Assembly: GCA_001179505.1 (NCBI GenBank) | Contig: CDMY01000307.1 | Coordinates: 1-64,000, forward strand | Direction of reading: 5' to 3' | DNA length: 64,000 bases | From: Vitrella brassicaformis CCMP3155 | Taxonomy: Eukaryota > Protista > Chromerida | Part shown: one piece after another, positions 35,200 to 52,439 of the stretch | How positions within the stretch are numbered: the first letter of the stretch is position 1 | Layout: each line of letters begins with the position of its first letter | Notes under the pieces: model-generated | What the model was told of the DNA's origin: nothing | The model's database searches: none | What the model saw: only the letters and a program-made list of their open reading frames with translations | Program-made: the position numbers and the translations under genes

Positions 35200-38100
35200 T
35201 CATGAAAAGGACGTCGATAGGGCCCTCTGCAGGCCCACGGCGATAAGCGTCCCAACTGTGTACAGAATTCTCCCCTGTACAGTGGACGTCATCTTCACAC
35301 CATACACCCGCCACGATGTATCTACACAACACACATACCCAGAGACACATACGTGGAGTCACACAGTCGAACGCTCGGTCGAACTTACTTGATGCTTGCA
35401 GGTATTGCACGAGCAATATTTGTTGCATCGCCTCAGACAAGTTGCCGGTGGGAGTGTCGGCTTGCGTTCGCGCCTTCTGCACAGGAGCGCCCACCTCCTC
35501 CACCAAATGCACACGGCTGCCGAGAGTGTCCTCTCTGTCGAGGCCCGCCTCCAAGTCTCCCTCCCTCCTCTCACTGTGCTCCTTCTTTACTCGCCGCCAC
35601 ACACGTAGGAGACGTCTCGTGAATCGACCGATATCTGGCCGCTTGTTCTTGTCTGTTGTGACTTCCCGTGTTGTGGCGGAACAAGCTCCTTTGGAGATCG
35701 ATTCTGCGACCGCTCTTGACATGGTGCGGTCGCTGACAAGGCCTTGCAAGCGGGTGCGTGCGTATTGGGGGGAATTGGGGGGAGGATGTTCGCCATACAG
35801 TTGATAGTGCCTGCATGCGGACATGACAGAGACAGACAGACAGATCGTTTCTTTATGTGTGGGCTTCGTTCCGGGGTTGGTGGGTGTGGGTGTGCGTGTC
35901 GTTGACCGTGAAGCAAACGAGGCGATTTCGGCAAGCCGCGCACACTTGGCGGTGACTTTCGCGGTGTCGGAAAGTATCATGCTCATGCATACGCCAATGC
36001 AGAAGAAGATTGCCACCTGCAGGCACACGACACACAGAAACATATGACACGTGTGTGTGTGTGTGTGTGTGTGTGGGTGTGTGTGTGTGATGCGTGTGCA
36101 CTGACTATGACGAAGAACAGGTCCAGCTGGCCGGTCTCGCCCACTGGTGGGCGGAAAAGCAGCAGATACAGACAGCTCAGGAAGGATATGCAGTACAACG
36201 TGCCCATCGCCGTAATAGGCAACTGTTACATACATACACACACACACATACATATACACACATCCATGAGCCAACACGAGAGAACCGACAATGCTCTCTC
36301 TGTGTGTGCCACTGACCTCCAGGATGTGCGACGACTTGTTGAGCATTCCGTCAAGGAAACGGTGCATCTCAATCAGTTGCGGCACCGAAAGGGGCGTGTC
36401 CACGTCGTCGTCCCCGGTAGTGCCATTGCGGTGTATGCGTCGGTCTCGTTTGAGCATGTGATACCTGCGATAATCAGGAGAATGATATAATGCAGGGTCG
36501 AGTGCATCGTGCTGCCTGCGTGATCCACACATGAGGACGTTGAAAGACGATCGGTGAATTGTGCATATGATGCCCGTCTGGGCGGCCACAGTCTGAAGGC
36601 ACATAATGAGATGAATGAAGTAAGATACACAACAGAGGGAGAAAAAGGAGAGGTGAGTGTTCTTGCCCTGGGGATGGGATGTCATACCATGCCGATGAAT
36701 GGTTCAAAGAGCGTGGACGCGACGTCGAGGACGTACGAGTTGATCTCGCGAAAGATCGGCCAGGTGTGCAGACCGGGAAACGCACCCCAATACTTCTTCT
36801 GTCTGTCCGTCGCAAAGGCAACTCGATATATCACGCCCTGAAACACACACAGATATATGCACACATATCTGCGTGTTCGTGCGTGTGTGTGCGTGTAGGC
36901 GTACGTACAATGTAGAAGAAGTACCCCCAGAAAAGGAGCGTGAAAACCATCGTCCACGTGAATTTGCTCCTGACGTCCCTCGTGAGCCTATTAAGGAGGT
37001 TCTTCTCGTCCTTGCACTCGCGGCGGATGAAGTCCAACGCATACAGGAAGGCGTTCCCGCGGCAGATCTTATTCGTCAAGCGGAAACGTACACACACGGT
37101 TCACAGAGTGTTCGTCTCTCTCTGTCTCTCTCTCTCTCTCTGCATATCATGTGTGCTCGCTCGCTCACCCACTGCACCCGCAAGACGGTGTATGCGACCG
37201 CGACGGCCAGCGCGATTGACCAGAACATGAATAAGAGCAGGAGGTCCTCTCTGCCGCCGCACCACTCGGGGCTGTAGCTCCTGTCACACCACTCTGGGTC
37301 GACCGCAGAGTAGAAGAAGATGATCCCATTGCAAATCGCACCGTACCTGTGTGGACGGACCCACAGTGGACCCACCCGCCCATGCACACACAAAGCATGT
37401 ATGTTGGTCCCGTCCGTGCCCTCCCTGAGTGTGGGTGCGGTGCGTGGTGCGTACCAGAGAACGATGTGAATGATAATCGGCCATATTTGTCGCACGAGGC
37501 GGCTGTCGGAAGAGGAGGGGCTCAGCCCGGCCACACGCACCCACCAGGTCTCCAAAGGCGTCCCCTGATGCATGAACTGCACTGTCTGCAAACAGCAAAC
37601 AAACAAACACGAAAGAAAGAGGCAACACACAAAGTAACAGATCAAATCAGTCAGTAATCAGTGAATGGAACACACTAAGAAACATTGCCGGGCGTACCCA
37701 CGTGTGTGTCTGCGTACGTCTGTGTGTGTGCGTACCTCGTCCAGTTCCGGTGCGTGGCACTCGTAGTGTTTCGGATGCATGAAGATCATCGCACACCACT
37801 GCAACCATCCCACACTGTCGCGCGACGACACCTGAGAGATCTCGGGCTTCAGCATCGTGCTTGTGGCAGCCACACACAGCGGTGCCTCGTAGTTCGGCGA
37901 GGGCGCTCTGGTGCTGGCACTGCCCCTCACCCTCAACTCGCTTTCATGCGGCTCGGGCATTGGTTCACATGAACTGGTGCTTATTGCCTGCCGACCCTGC
38001 TGCCGATGCTGCTGTGTTCCCCTGCGCCCGGCGTCGTCATGGTCACTGGCCGAGGTACCCGGCAGCTGCATGTCGTTGCGGAAAGCGTCGAGGGCTTGCT

Positions 38101-38299
38101 TCGCGCGGTGCCAAGTGTGTTGATCGATGCCGCCGTTGGTGTGCTGGAGGTCGGCATAGAGGGAGAGGGATGCGATGTGGATGGCCGCTGACTGCCGCAA
38201 CGCATCGGATTGACATTCCCTGCCGCAGGGGACGCTGCCCAAAGGCGGCCGATCAGCTGTGTCGTCCTGCTTCTCTCTCTCCACACTCGCTAATGTCAT
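35200..38299 (-). CDS. Gustatory-receptor-like 7TM ion channel (GRL / 7TMIC superfamily, DUF3537-like)
   Basis: Long N-terminus, then six hydrophobic segments (IWPIIIHIVLWY, LLLLFMFWSIALAVAVAY, MVFTLLFWGYFFYI, FIGMYLTSFISLCAF, AMGTLYCISFLSCLYLLLF, VAIFFCIGVCMSMIL). In-phase C-terminus QQILLVQYLQAS|NTSWRVYGVKMTSTVQGRILYTVGTLIAVGLQRALSTSFS* fits the TM7a/7b pattern. Start may lie further upstream. Confidence 0.75.
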
Positions 38300-38699
38300 C
38301 GTGTTCGCCGTGGTCTCACTGCTGCTCCTCCCGCTAGCAAGGTTGACTCATCGGGAAGGACCCGTCGTGGAGCTCGCATAATAGCTCGCGCTCTCCCTTG
38401 CCTTCGAGTTCGCCACAGCGTCAGGTTTTGCCTGTTTTCAAGGCCCTTGGCTGCCCGCCAAAGAGCTCCCGCTGCAAAAGCTTCAATTGCGGACGCTATT
38501 GAAGATGCGGCGCGCAAGATCCGGCACATCCAGGACGCAACTCGCCCGCAGGAGGCGCCGCACGATCCGCGCGCCCCTTTGGCATCAACAGAAGGAGGGA
38601 TCTTTGGGTAGTCTTCCGTCAGCTGAGGGCGCCTCCTCAGATGTCGGCAATGATGCAGAAGGCGCATCTCGGCACAGCCCTCACGCATTCTTCGTCTGG

Positions 38700-39219
38700 A
38701 TGGCGGCTATGTGGAGTCCGAGCCTCATAGATGCCCTCCCTGCCGCAGCCGCACATGGGCCGGCGCAACAGCGTTCTCTCCCTCAGCAGCAGCAGCAGCA
38801 GCAGGCGTCTAAAGGCGAAAGAAGCGTGTTCAGGCCTGTTGTCTCAGCAGCCGTCGTCAGCTGCCCCCTGAAGTGTGCTGGAGGAGGTGTCGGAGCTGGT
38901 GCAGCAGCACTACTGGGACACGTCGCCCAACGGCGCAGCAGAGGAGTGGGAGGGCATCGTGCAGAAGTACCGCAGCAAGGCGCGTGACATGGACAACCGG
39001 CGGAGCGGCTCAGAGGACTACCGCTATTACACGGCGCTGCAGGAGATTGTCGACGAGCTCGACGACCGGTACTCCCGCGTGCCAGCCCCGCCGGCCGCCG
39101 CGGAGGTGCTGAGGGCGTACGATGTGTTGGGGGTCGGCATACACTTCAAGAGCGAAATGGACGGCCGGCGGCACCAGGCAAATCAAGGCGGTTCCGCGAG
39201 TACCTGGATGGGCGGCTGA
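38700..39219 (+). CDS. Hypothetical protein
   Basis: Coding-like ORF LEEVSELVQQHYWDT...YRYYTALQEIVDELDDRY; the link to the upstream poly-Q segment is not resolved. Confidence 0.4.
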
Positions 39220-39744
39220 GACAGCAGGGCGGGTCTGATGAATGGGGGCAGATGGAGATGGATCCGTTGGTTGGTCTGTGTCTAGTGGCTAGAATGGGCT
39301 CGCCGACGGTGTCGAGCACGGCCGTGAGGTTATGCGACTCGTGCAGTACAGTACTGCATGAGTCGGATTAGCTGGCGGACGTGTTTGAGGCCGTCGTCGG
39401 CCCCCTTGGCGATCGATGAGAATGCTCATGCTCTGATCTCTTCTTACGTGTGTGTGCGTCCTTCCTTCGATATGACTGCAGGTGGGCAATGGATAGCGAT
39501 GGTGTTTTGTTTCATGTGTGTCGCTCCATGGACGAGTGTGTGCAGTGCCCTCGCTCTTGTTGATAGACTGCTGGATGCAATGCATGGCAGGGATCGATGC
39601 GTGAGTGCTCCAATACCGTGACTGACTCGCATGCTATCTATATAAATGTCATCTCACTCAGGTACCTCATAAAACGTCACATAACTTACACTGTCACCGA
39701 GCCACAGCTCTCCCTCCCACAATTGCCCTCTCGCACTGCACTCA

Positions 39745-41133
39745 TTATTCTGCCTTCTCCCTGCCCCCGGTAGGAGAAGGCCTGGTCTCTTCCACCATGC
39801 ACCTTGTGAACTCGCCGCGTTTAGGCAGGACATAAAACGCGAGCAGCTCGACCATCCAGGCAGCGAGCGTGAACAGCCCCACCCCACTCACAATTCGCAG
39901 CACCACTGCTCTGCTCGACACATAGCCGATGCGCCCAGACTGCGAGCAGACCACTCGCAGGCCATATCGCTTCCGAAGATGCCGTGTGTGGGTGTGGGGG
40001 TGACTGTGGGTGTGGGTGGTGTTGCCGTTGCCGTTGGTTGACGAGAGGCGCTGAGCGACGTGGTAGTCGGAATGGGCAATGTGGGCGCAATCATACCTAC
40101 ACACACAAGACGGTACAGCACAGCACAGCCCACAGCTGGTGGGTGCAGTGCACCCCGTCGGTGTGTGTGCACCGACAAATGTGTCAATCTTTCACCTGTA
40201 AGTGGGCTGCGCGAGCACGCCGAACAGCCCCGTGTTTGCGTACGTGATGCGCACGAGCAGGACCACGCCTCTCTGCCGCACAGTCTGGTTCTTGGCGTTG
40301 TGGGCGTCGCTCGCCCCATCCAGAGAGACACCACACGCAGACACAAGGTCACGCACAGTCACCTGTGTGAGCATTCCATTCAGCAACCGACACACACAGA
40401 AATAGGGGGCTGCACGCATGTGTGTGTGTCGTGCGTGTGTGTCTGTGTCTTGGAGAAACGACGTGCCTTGTCAGGGCCTGACTCGTCCAAGACGAAGGGG
40501 TGGAACGGTGCCCGGCCCTTCATTGCCCTCTGAGAGTAGCCCTCATCATGCCGATCGGTATGGAACGAATGCTCGATCTTCAACACCTAAGCAAGACAAC
40601 AACAACAATTTCCCGCCAACATGGCTCTCTCTCTCTGTAGCTTGCTTGAGGCGTACCGACCAGGTCGTCCACGCCCGCCACAAAGAACATCCGCTCCGAC
40701 AGTTCGGTGTAGTCGTCATCGGTCTCATTCCGCCCCTCTCGTGTGTCCTTGACGAAGGTCGTCACGAAGATGCTCGAGTCGTGAGAGCCGACGTCGGTCA
40801 TGTCGTACTCGTCCCAGTGGTGCTCACACGCGGCTGGGGGCATGCAGAAGGGGGGAGAGGCGTCTGGCTGCTGCTGGGTGTAGTGATAGCGCTTCGGCTT
40901 CACTCTATATGACAGACACACGAACAGATGGATGGATGGATGGATGCTCGATGGGCTCAGCTGCTCCTTCACCTGAGAGTGCCAGTGATGCCGTCCATGT
41001 CAAGATAACCCTTCAACAGCACCACATCGATGAGCAGGTAGATGCTCACCAGGACATAGCTGCCGATGTACAGCAGCCCCAGTGTGCGGTCGTAGATCTG
41101 CACATACTTGTAAGTGCAGAACGAGTTGCCCAT
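39745..41133 (-). CDS. P2X: P2X purinergic receptor-like ATP-gated channel
   Basis: N-terminal CTYKYVQIYDRTLG (TxK site), TM1 ending KGY, then GTLRVKPK, VRDLVSACGVSLD and RQRGVVLLVRITYAN. C-terminus RHLRKRYGLR...GRIG...SGVGLFTLAAWMVELLAFYVLP (TM2). Confidence 0.85.
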
Positions 41134-41496
41134 CTCCAGATGACAGACAAATGAAGGAAGGAAACCTGCCTGCACACGCCCAACACACACACTCACAGAG
41201 ATGCGTCAAAGCATTTCTTTCGCCTTTTCTTTTTGCTGCCTACTGCTCTTGACTCTTCACCAATGCCTTCCTAACGCCTCGGCTCCCGCGGTCACTCCAT
41301 TCAATCCTCAAACTTTTGCGAGCTCAAGGGAGATCCGCAGTTCCGAAAAAGCGTCGAAAAGGCCTGCAGGAGCCATCACAAGACTACTGGGTTCATCCCC
41401 AGTGAAGACGCGGCGTCAAATCGCCGCAGCCTGAGCCTCATCAATGGTGATCTGACCTCGTTGCTATCCATCCATCTCATCCTTTGTCTGGTAGTC

Positions 41497-46008
<4,512 letters not shown>

Positions 46009-46690
46009 TGAAGTGACTTCAGGGGACCATCGGCACACAATCCAACCCCCCGCCGGCATCTCTGGCCACACATACTCAGTTACATAGCGCTCATTCATTC
46101 GTTCATCTGAGATGACTGCCGTCCGCCTGTCTGTCTGTGAAGCGTTTGTCTCGTCATGTCATGTGGGTCGCACGTGTGTGTACGCTAGAGGGATGGATGG
46201 GGGGACGAATGGATGCATTTGTGTGTGGGCAGGCAGACAGGTGTGACTCACTGGTGGATGGGGTGCATGGGACACTGACTGACATTGACATCCGTCGTGT
46301 TTGTGTGTCTGTGATGAACGTTTCTCGGTGTCCATCCGTCACACTCTGTTTCATGGTTGCAGGCAGAGTGTCCCAATTGATTGCATCTTTTCATTTAGAA
46401 AACGCGTCACACACACAGAGAGGCAAGCAGACAGACAGTGTGTCAATCCATTCGAGTCCTCCCCCCGTACTCCCCCACCGCCCCCCAACTCGATGCATTG
46501 ATACGGAAAACACCTCATGCAGGCAGCCACACCATCCATGATGCATCCGCCAACTCATCTGTCTGTCTGTCTGTCTGTCGAATAGCCAGCCTGGCCTGCC
46601 TCCCATCTGCTGCCGTGGTCAGCCAGACAGACACAAAGACAGACGGAGAGGGAGGCTGTCTGTTCAGTCGAGAGTTGAGAAATGAGTCAG

Positions 46691-48456
46691 TCAGTCTACG
46701 GCTACGTCTAGGTGGTCTCCGAACGCCACCTGTGTATCGGCCCCCATCACCTGCCGCGCCACCCTCACTGTGGGAACTTCGCGGCTCCCTCCTTGCCAGC
46801 CACCGGCGGCTCCGTCGTCCAGAGGTGGGCGGTGGCAACGTCGGGGCAGCTGCTGATGATGATGGTTGCCTCGAATTGGTGGTCGGGCTGGTCTCCGTGC
46901 AGCACTATCACACGGCCGAAGAGTTCTGGCGGCCGGTGAATCGTGCTGACAGTGTGGCAGTTCCACACGGGCGGCTGCTGAGTGGTCAGCTCCCGCTGAA
47001 GAGAAAAGGATAGATATGACAATGAGTGAGTGGGGCGGCCGGTGAGGCTGTCGTGTGTGTGTGTGGCTGACTTGACTGACCAGTCGGTTGTAGCGTGGGG
47101 CATTGTTGTGCTGATGGACAGTCTGGTCCGCAACCACCGACGTTCCCGAACGCACCCTGATCAGACACATCATGGCAGAGCGGTGCAGCCAATGTGTATA
47201 TGTCTTCGTTTGTATCACTCTACTAATCCTGCTCACCGATGCAACACAGCGTCGCGAATTGAAGCGTAGTCGGCACCTGCAAACGGACAGACACACACAG
47301 GCACCAATAGCTCTCTCCGTCATGCCCTCCCTCCCTCTCCCACTGTCAATCTCACACACGGGGTTGTTTGGGTCGAATATGTTGTGGAAGGGGCTGTTGG
47401 CCGGCAGCGTCTGCAGTGAGCGGATGGTCAGTAGATGCCCATTCAGCCGCTCCTCGCCGTTGTCGTCGCGCTCGAGAGTCATGCCGATGTGCCAGCCGAT
47501 GAGTGAGAGCTGCCGCAGCGCCTCACACCGCCCGTCGAAGACCGCCCGGCTGCCCACACCCTCCACATCAGCACTGCCCACCTCTATCGGCAGCCGCCCC
47601 ACCCGCCGCCGACGCTCCGCCATCCTCACTATGGGCTCCCACCCCGCCCACTCGCCGCTCTTCTCGATGACATACTGCCACACACACAGGCATGACAACA
47701 GACACACAAAATGTGAGAGTCGGAGTGCGTCGATGTGTGTACCAGCAGCCGCAGCAAGAAGTCCATCGGCCGCATCCGCGCCCGCCGCGGCACCCGATAG
47801 CTGAATGGATGGCCTTGGCGACCAGCAGGCGGTCGATTTGCGATTTGATGTAGTCCTCCGACACACGGCGGCTGCCGAGGGGGCATGTGTGCCGAAAGAG
47901 AGCCAGGCCGTCAGCCCCGCACGGAGGGAAAAACATACCCCCTGGACACGAAACGGTGTGCATGTCTGTTTTTTTGAAAATGTGCGGCGGGCAACCGCCC
48001 GGAATGAAAAGATGAGGTGGAGGCAGCGAATATTGAAAACGTGCAGTGGGAGACAGCGAGACATTTGAAAAGAAGCGGTGGAGAGACATGTAGATGTAAA
48101 AGTACAGGGTGATCAGACACTTTTTCAAGCTCCAGCACACTGTGTGCTCCTCAGGATGCCCTTGAGAGCTGCCTCGACAGTGAAAATGTGCGGTCTTGTC
48201 GAGGAAATAGGATGAAAAATTGCATCGGGCGACCAAACGAATGAAAATGTTCGGTAAGACTGCCGAGGATGAATTTGTGCGGTGGAGAGCGGCGATGTTG
48301 AAAAAATGCACTTTGAAACCGTTGCGTGTCAAGGGGGTAGAAAAACAGCTGTTCGACGTCCTGGGGCAGGCGGAACAAACGGGGCGGCTGGTTGGCCGAA
48401 CCAGCAGCGCTGGAGGCGGCTGCTGAGGCCACCACCGGGCCCTTCTGCCGCTTCAT
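46691..48456 (-). pseudogene. Family X, copy 2; MITE insertion in exon 1 and a 4-bp deletion in the last exon
   Basis: MKRQKGPVVASAAASS...QDVEQLFF [insertion] PPCGADGLALFRHTCPLG. TTCCCACAG-TGAGG vs TTCCCACAGACTGTGAGG in copy 3 gives a frameshift near 46768. Confidence 0.85.
47936..48339. mobile_element. 404-bp non-autonomous DNA transposon (MITE) with 22-bp TIRs and an 8-bp TSD
   Basis: TIRs TACCCCCTGGACACGAAACGGT (47936-47957) and ACCGTTGCGTGTCAAGGGGGTA (48318-48339) match 20/22. GAAAAACA is duplicated at 47928-47935 and 48340-48347; the paralog at ~60525 shows the empty site with one copy. Confidence 0.95.
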
Positions 48457-48810
48457 CCCATTTCCTCTGACTGCTCCTTCCGTTTACGCTGCGAGCTCCC
48501 GAAGGGGGAGCGATGCACTTGAGGCGATTGACGTATCGCAGAGAAGGATGTATGTCGGTGGAATGCAGGCCGATGTTTTGATCACTGTCATCTCATCTGA
48601 GCGGCGCTGACCATCAGCCAAACTGACAGACAGGCAAGCAAACAGACAGGCAGAGGAAGGCAGACACTGTAAGCGGGCAGCAGGGCAGACGAGATGCAGA
48701 GAAACAAACAAAGAGAACGACGTTTGGAACTGCGGCTGTGTTCGTGTTGGTGTGTTTGTCAGTGGTGGTGAGCTGTGAGGTTTTGTAGCGACTTAGTAGC
48801 GACAGCTCAG

Positions 48811-51800
48811 ATGGCTGACGGCGGGTTGATGGACTTAGACAAACATGACGGCCCGGCCGCCTCTGCTGCTGCAGGTCACACACACCACCTCCACACACAC
48901 GCACCGGTGTGACTGACCGGCCGCACACTGTGCTCAGGTGGGCAGGGCGGCGGGCCGAACGGCGGCGGTAGCTCTCGTGATATTCTGCAGAAGATACGTT
49001 TGATGCGTTCGGTAAGGAGGAGAGAGAAGAGGTCTACACATGACATGCAGCAAGGAGTGCCATTCGCTGTGTTTGCATTTGCTTGCAGTTCGTGCCTCAG
49101 TTTGCGTCTGATCTTGAGCGGGCAGAGAACATCATAGCCACACACACCGACAATAAATCACAGGTCCACACGGAACACCACACACAGCCGAACAGCGGCA
49201 CTCAGTTGTCATTCACCGGGCTGTCTGTGGCCTGCAGGATGGTGCCTTGCTGGCCGGCAGCCTGTCGTCCATTCTGGACGTCCTCACTGACGCTCAATCG
49301 GCCCTCAACAAGCAGCTGACAGAGACGTCGACTGACCACATAACCCATAAAACACATGTACGATTGGGACGACAAGTGGAGGGCTCACACAGGGCGATCG
49401 TTCCCTGGCCTGTCTGTCTGTCTGTCTGTGTCAGGGCAATGCGACTGACAGTGGGGCGTTCGAGTCTGAGGGTCTGGATCAGACCGATGATGGCGCACAG
49501 CACAGCAAGGCGGTATCACCAACAGGCCGAACCACACATATGGGTGGACACCGTTACGTCACGTGTTCAGGTGGCTGTTGGTGACGATGGCAAGCGTAGC
49601 CGTGTAGACACGCCGGCTGCTGCTGCGAGTAGTGGAGGTACCCACACACACTGATGGGGTGCAAACACGTGACAACGTCCGTGTATGGCGGTGCTGTGTG
49701 GTGCCTTCAGCAGGTTCGGTTGGTGGGTGTGTTGGTGCAGCAGCGACACAGCAGCAGGGCGCCCGCTCAGAGGTGACACACACGCACGCGAAAGCTTATA
49801 TGGCGGTCGCTGCTCTCACGTTTCTCAACCTATGTGTCAGAAGGACCACGGCCGTCCGTGTCTGTCGGGTCTGCCTGCAGCCGTCATGGGCCACATGGGT
49901 TCCTTCTTGACCACCATCGACAACATCCGCCGCCTCTCGCGCGTCAACAGGGAGACCTACATGAAGGCCACCGACCAGACGTAGGGCGTCTTCCGCATCT
50001 TCACCATGACGCCTGACGAGGAAGACAGCTACCGCAAGCTCAAGAAAGTGCAGCACGTTCTTGGCCTCTTCGGCAAGTTCGTTGACATCTCTGTGGCAGA
50101 TGATGCCTGCATAGTCAAGAAGGTGCCGCACATATAGCGGTAAGAGGCCTCACACGGGGACATGGCGGGAGCGTGTCTGTGTGTACGCAGCGCTCTGTCG
50201 ATGTGTGTGTGTGCAGGGCATGATGCAGACGGCCTTTGTGGACGCCCGAGAGGTGCCGCCTGTGCTGTCGGAGCTGCTGGAGGCCAACAAGGACTCACTC
50301 AAGAAGATCACCCTGGACATCAACTACTGCTCACGGACGTCGGCTGCCGGGCCCATCGTGTTCTCATCCGCCACACACCTTCACATCCGTGGCCTTGCAG
50401 GTCGTGCCTACATCAGGTACTTTTGTCAGGGGAGTCAGCGTTGACGCCATAGCGTAGTCATTCATCTCTTAGGACGACGTCTGTGTGTCTGCAGTGATCT
50501 CGGGTGGAGGTTCCCGGCACTCACCACGCTCCAAGTCGGCCACATCATCAGTGTGGATGCTGACTCCTTGGTGCGTCTGCTCGACAAGTCGCCCAAGATC
50601 GAGCGGCTGGGTTTCCGGGTCCGCTTTGAGCAGCTCGGCCGCATCATCAGCCAGCTCAAGGACACCCTCAGCCAACACTGGAGCAAAGCAGACAAGAGAC
50701 GTACGGGACCAGAAGCACCCAAGCATTTCATTCAGGGCGGCGAGTGATCTGTCTGTCTCACCCCTTGCAGAGGTGCCGAAGAAGCTGGGGATCGTGGTTG
50801 AGGACATTTCGTCGATCGGTGTGAGATACGGGCGGGGGAAGGGGGCGGCAGTCGTAGCGGGCGTCAGCGAATGGGCGGCGGACGTCAACTGCCAAATTGA
50901 GTGCTGGCCAGTCTGCTTGGGCAAGCTGACCATCTACTGCAGCACGACGGCTGCCACTGCCCCTCCGGCGCCCGACGGCCTATACGGACAGATCGCCACG
51001 TGGCTGGCGGCCAATGCGACACATGTCAGGAATGGGCCAGACAAGGGAGGGAGACCATCTGACAGGACCACACCTGCGTGTCTGCTGTGTGTGTCAGGTG
51101 AGGGTCAAGTTTGGTGGCACTCCGCTGGACGAGTCGTGGCGTCACAAGCTCATCTTCCACAAGGCCAAGAAGCTCACTTTCAACATCAAGCCTGGCGCAA
51201 GCGCATCAGAAGTGGTCGACAGCATCCCCACATGGCTGACCGAGAGGCAGGGAGAGGGGCAGCAGTCGACCAGCCGACACTTCCCCGCTGTCGAGCACAT
51301 GACGGTTTTCCCTGCCTCGCTGTCCCTGGCTGACGTGCATGCCGCCCGCAGCAAGCTCAGCCCGCTTTTGGGCGGGCTGACGACTCTCAAGCGTGTCGAC
51401 ATCACTGATGTGTCTAGCTTCGCTGCTGCGCATGAGCTTCTCTGCTGCCTGTCCGTAGATCAGCTAGACGAGGTCACGGTTGGTGGTCAGTGGGATGGGC
51501 CTGTGGTGTGCGAGTGGCCGGAGGATGCTCCTGACACACTCTCAGGGAGTGGTCGCTGCCCTCTCATCCACCACCTGACCTCTGGAAGTTTCGGGTTGAG
51601 CAGCAAGGCCGGCGTGAGGGAATTCATCAAGCTAGCGTTAGCTCTGCGGCCAGTGAGTGTCCGCTTGGTTGCTGACTTGAATGATAGTGAGTTGACGGGG
51701 GACAGTTGCACCTCTAGACTGGCGGGCCTCCGCTCGTTCATGGAGGACTGCCTCAGGCAGGTCGCAGCACACTACACTTTCGACTCAGCAGATACCAAGT

Positions 51801-51841
51801 GTGAGTGGTATCGCCTGACATTGAAATTGAGGGCCAAGTGA
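48811..51841 (+). pseudogene. Family Y (F-box-like motif plus LRR-like repeats), left copy with a premature stop
   Basis: RPCLSGLPAAVMGHMGSFLTTIDNIRRLSRVNR (F-box-like). KATDQT-TAG-GVFR at 49982-49984 where the right copy reads KATDKTFGVFR; it also lacks the segment ITFDNDDDQWAGFIPALAGCPHLTTL present in the right copy. Confidence 0.7.
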
Positions 51842-52439
51842 GGTGCAGGGAGGGCAGGGTAGACAGACTATCTATCTGCTATCCTTTCACATACCTTATG
51901 TGCGTGCACAGGGGGCAAAGGCACAGGGACCAGTGTGTGTCCGTGTGCGTATGTGCCTCTGGCCTCGACACTTTTAGCGGATTTGCCCATGACCGTGCAT
52001 CTGATGTCATTGCATCGGGCGCTCTTGCCTCTTTCGGTCTCTTTCCGTTGTTCTCTGTCCTCGGCCTCTCCCCCTCCCTCGACTGATCAGCCGACAAACC
52101 CCAGCAGCAGTGAGGCTCAGTGAGTCGGTTGTTTTCGGTCGGTTGGGTGAGGGAGGGCAGAAGGCGAAGACGAGAGAGAGCGGCACATGACATAGTAAGC
52201 AGACTGACATGGTATGGATGGATGGATGGATGAAGTGTGTTCGCCTGAGCATGGTGGTGGACTCTGACCCTGGAGATGAATGTGACTGTCTAGCTTTCTT
52301 CAAGCGCTCAACGAACACATCGACAGTCAGTGCATTCGATGGACAATTCATTCACACACCTCTGTCTGTCCACACACACCGACAGTCTGTCGCCACACTG
52401 AGTCCCTCACTTCCACGCACACATCCTCATCCCGCCCCA

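Larger units (their letters stand above)
46360..52290. repeat. Inverted segmental duplication, left arm (family X and family Y head-to-head); partner ~56380-62060
   Basis: Exons, introns and intergenic DNA align with the reverse complement of the right arm, e.g. CCAAACGTCGTTCTCT..TTTGTTTCTCTGCATCTCGTCTGCCCTGCTG at ~48680-48730 (rc) and ~60182-60230. Confidence 0.9.

Noticed and set aside
47936-48339. Tc1/mariner-type element with TA TSD (CCCCC...GGGGG ends)
   Set aside because: The empty-site paralog has one TGTTTTTC and no TA, so the TSD is 8 bp and TA belongs to the TIR.
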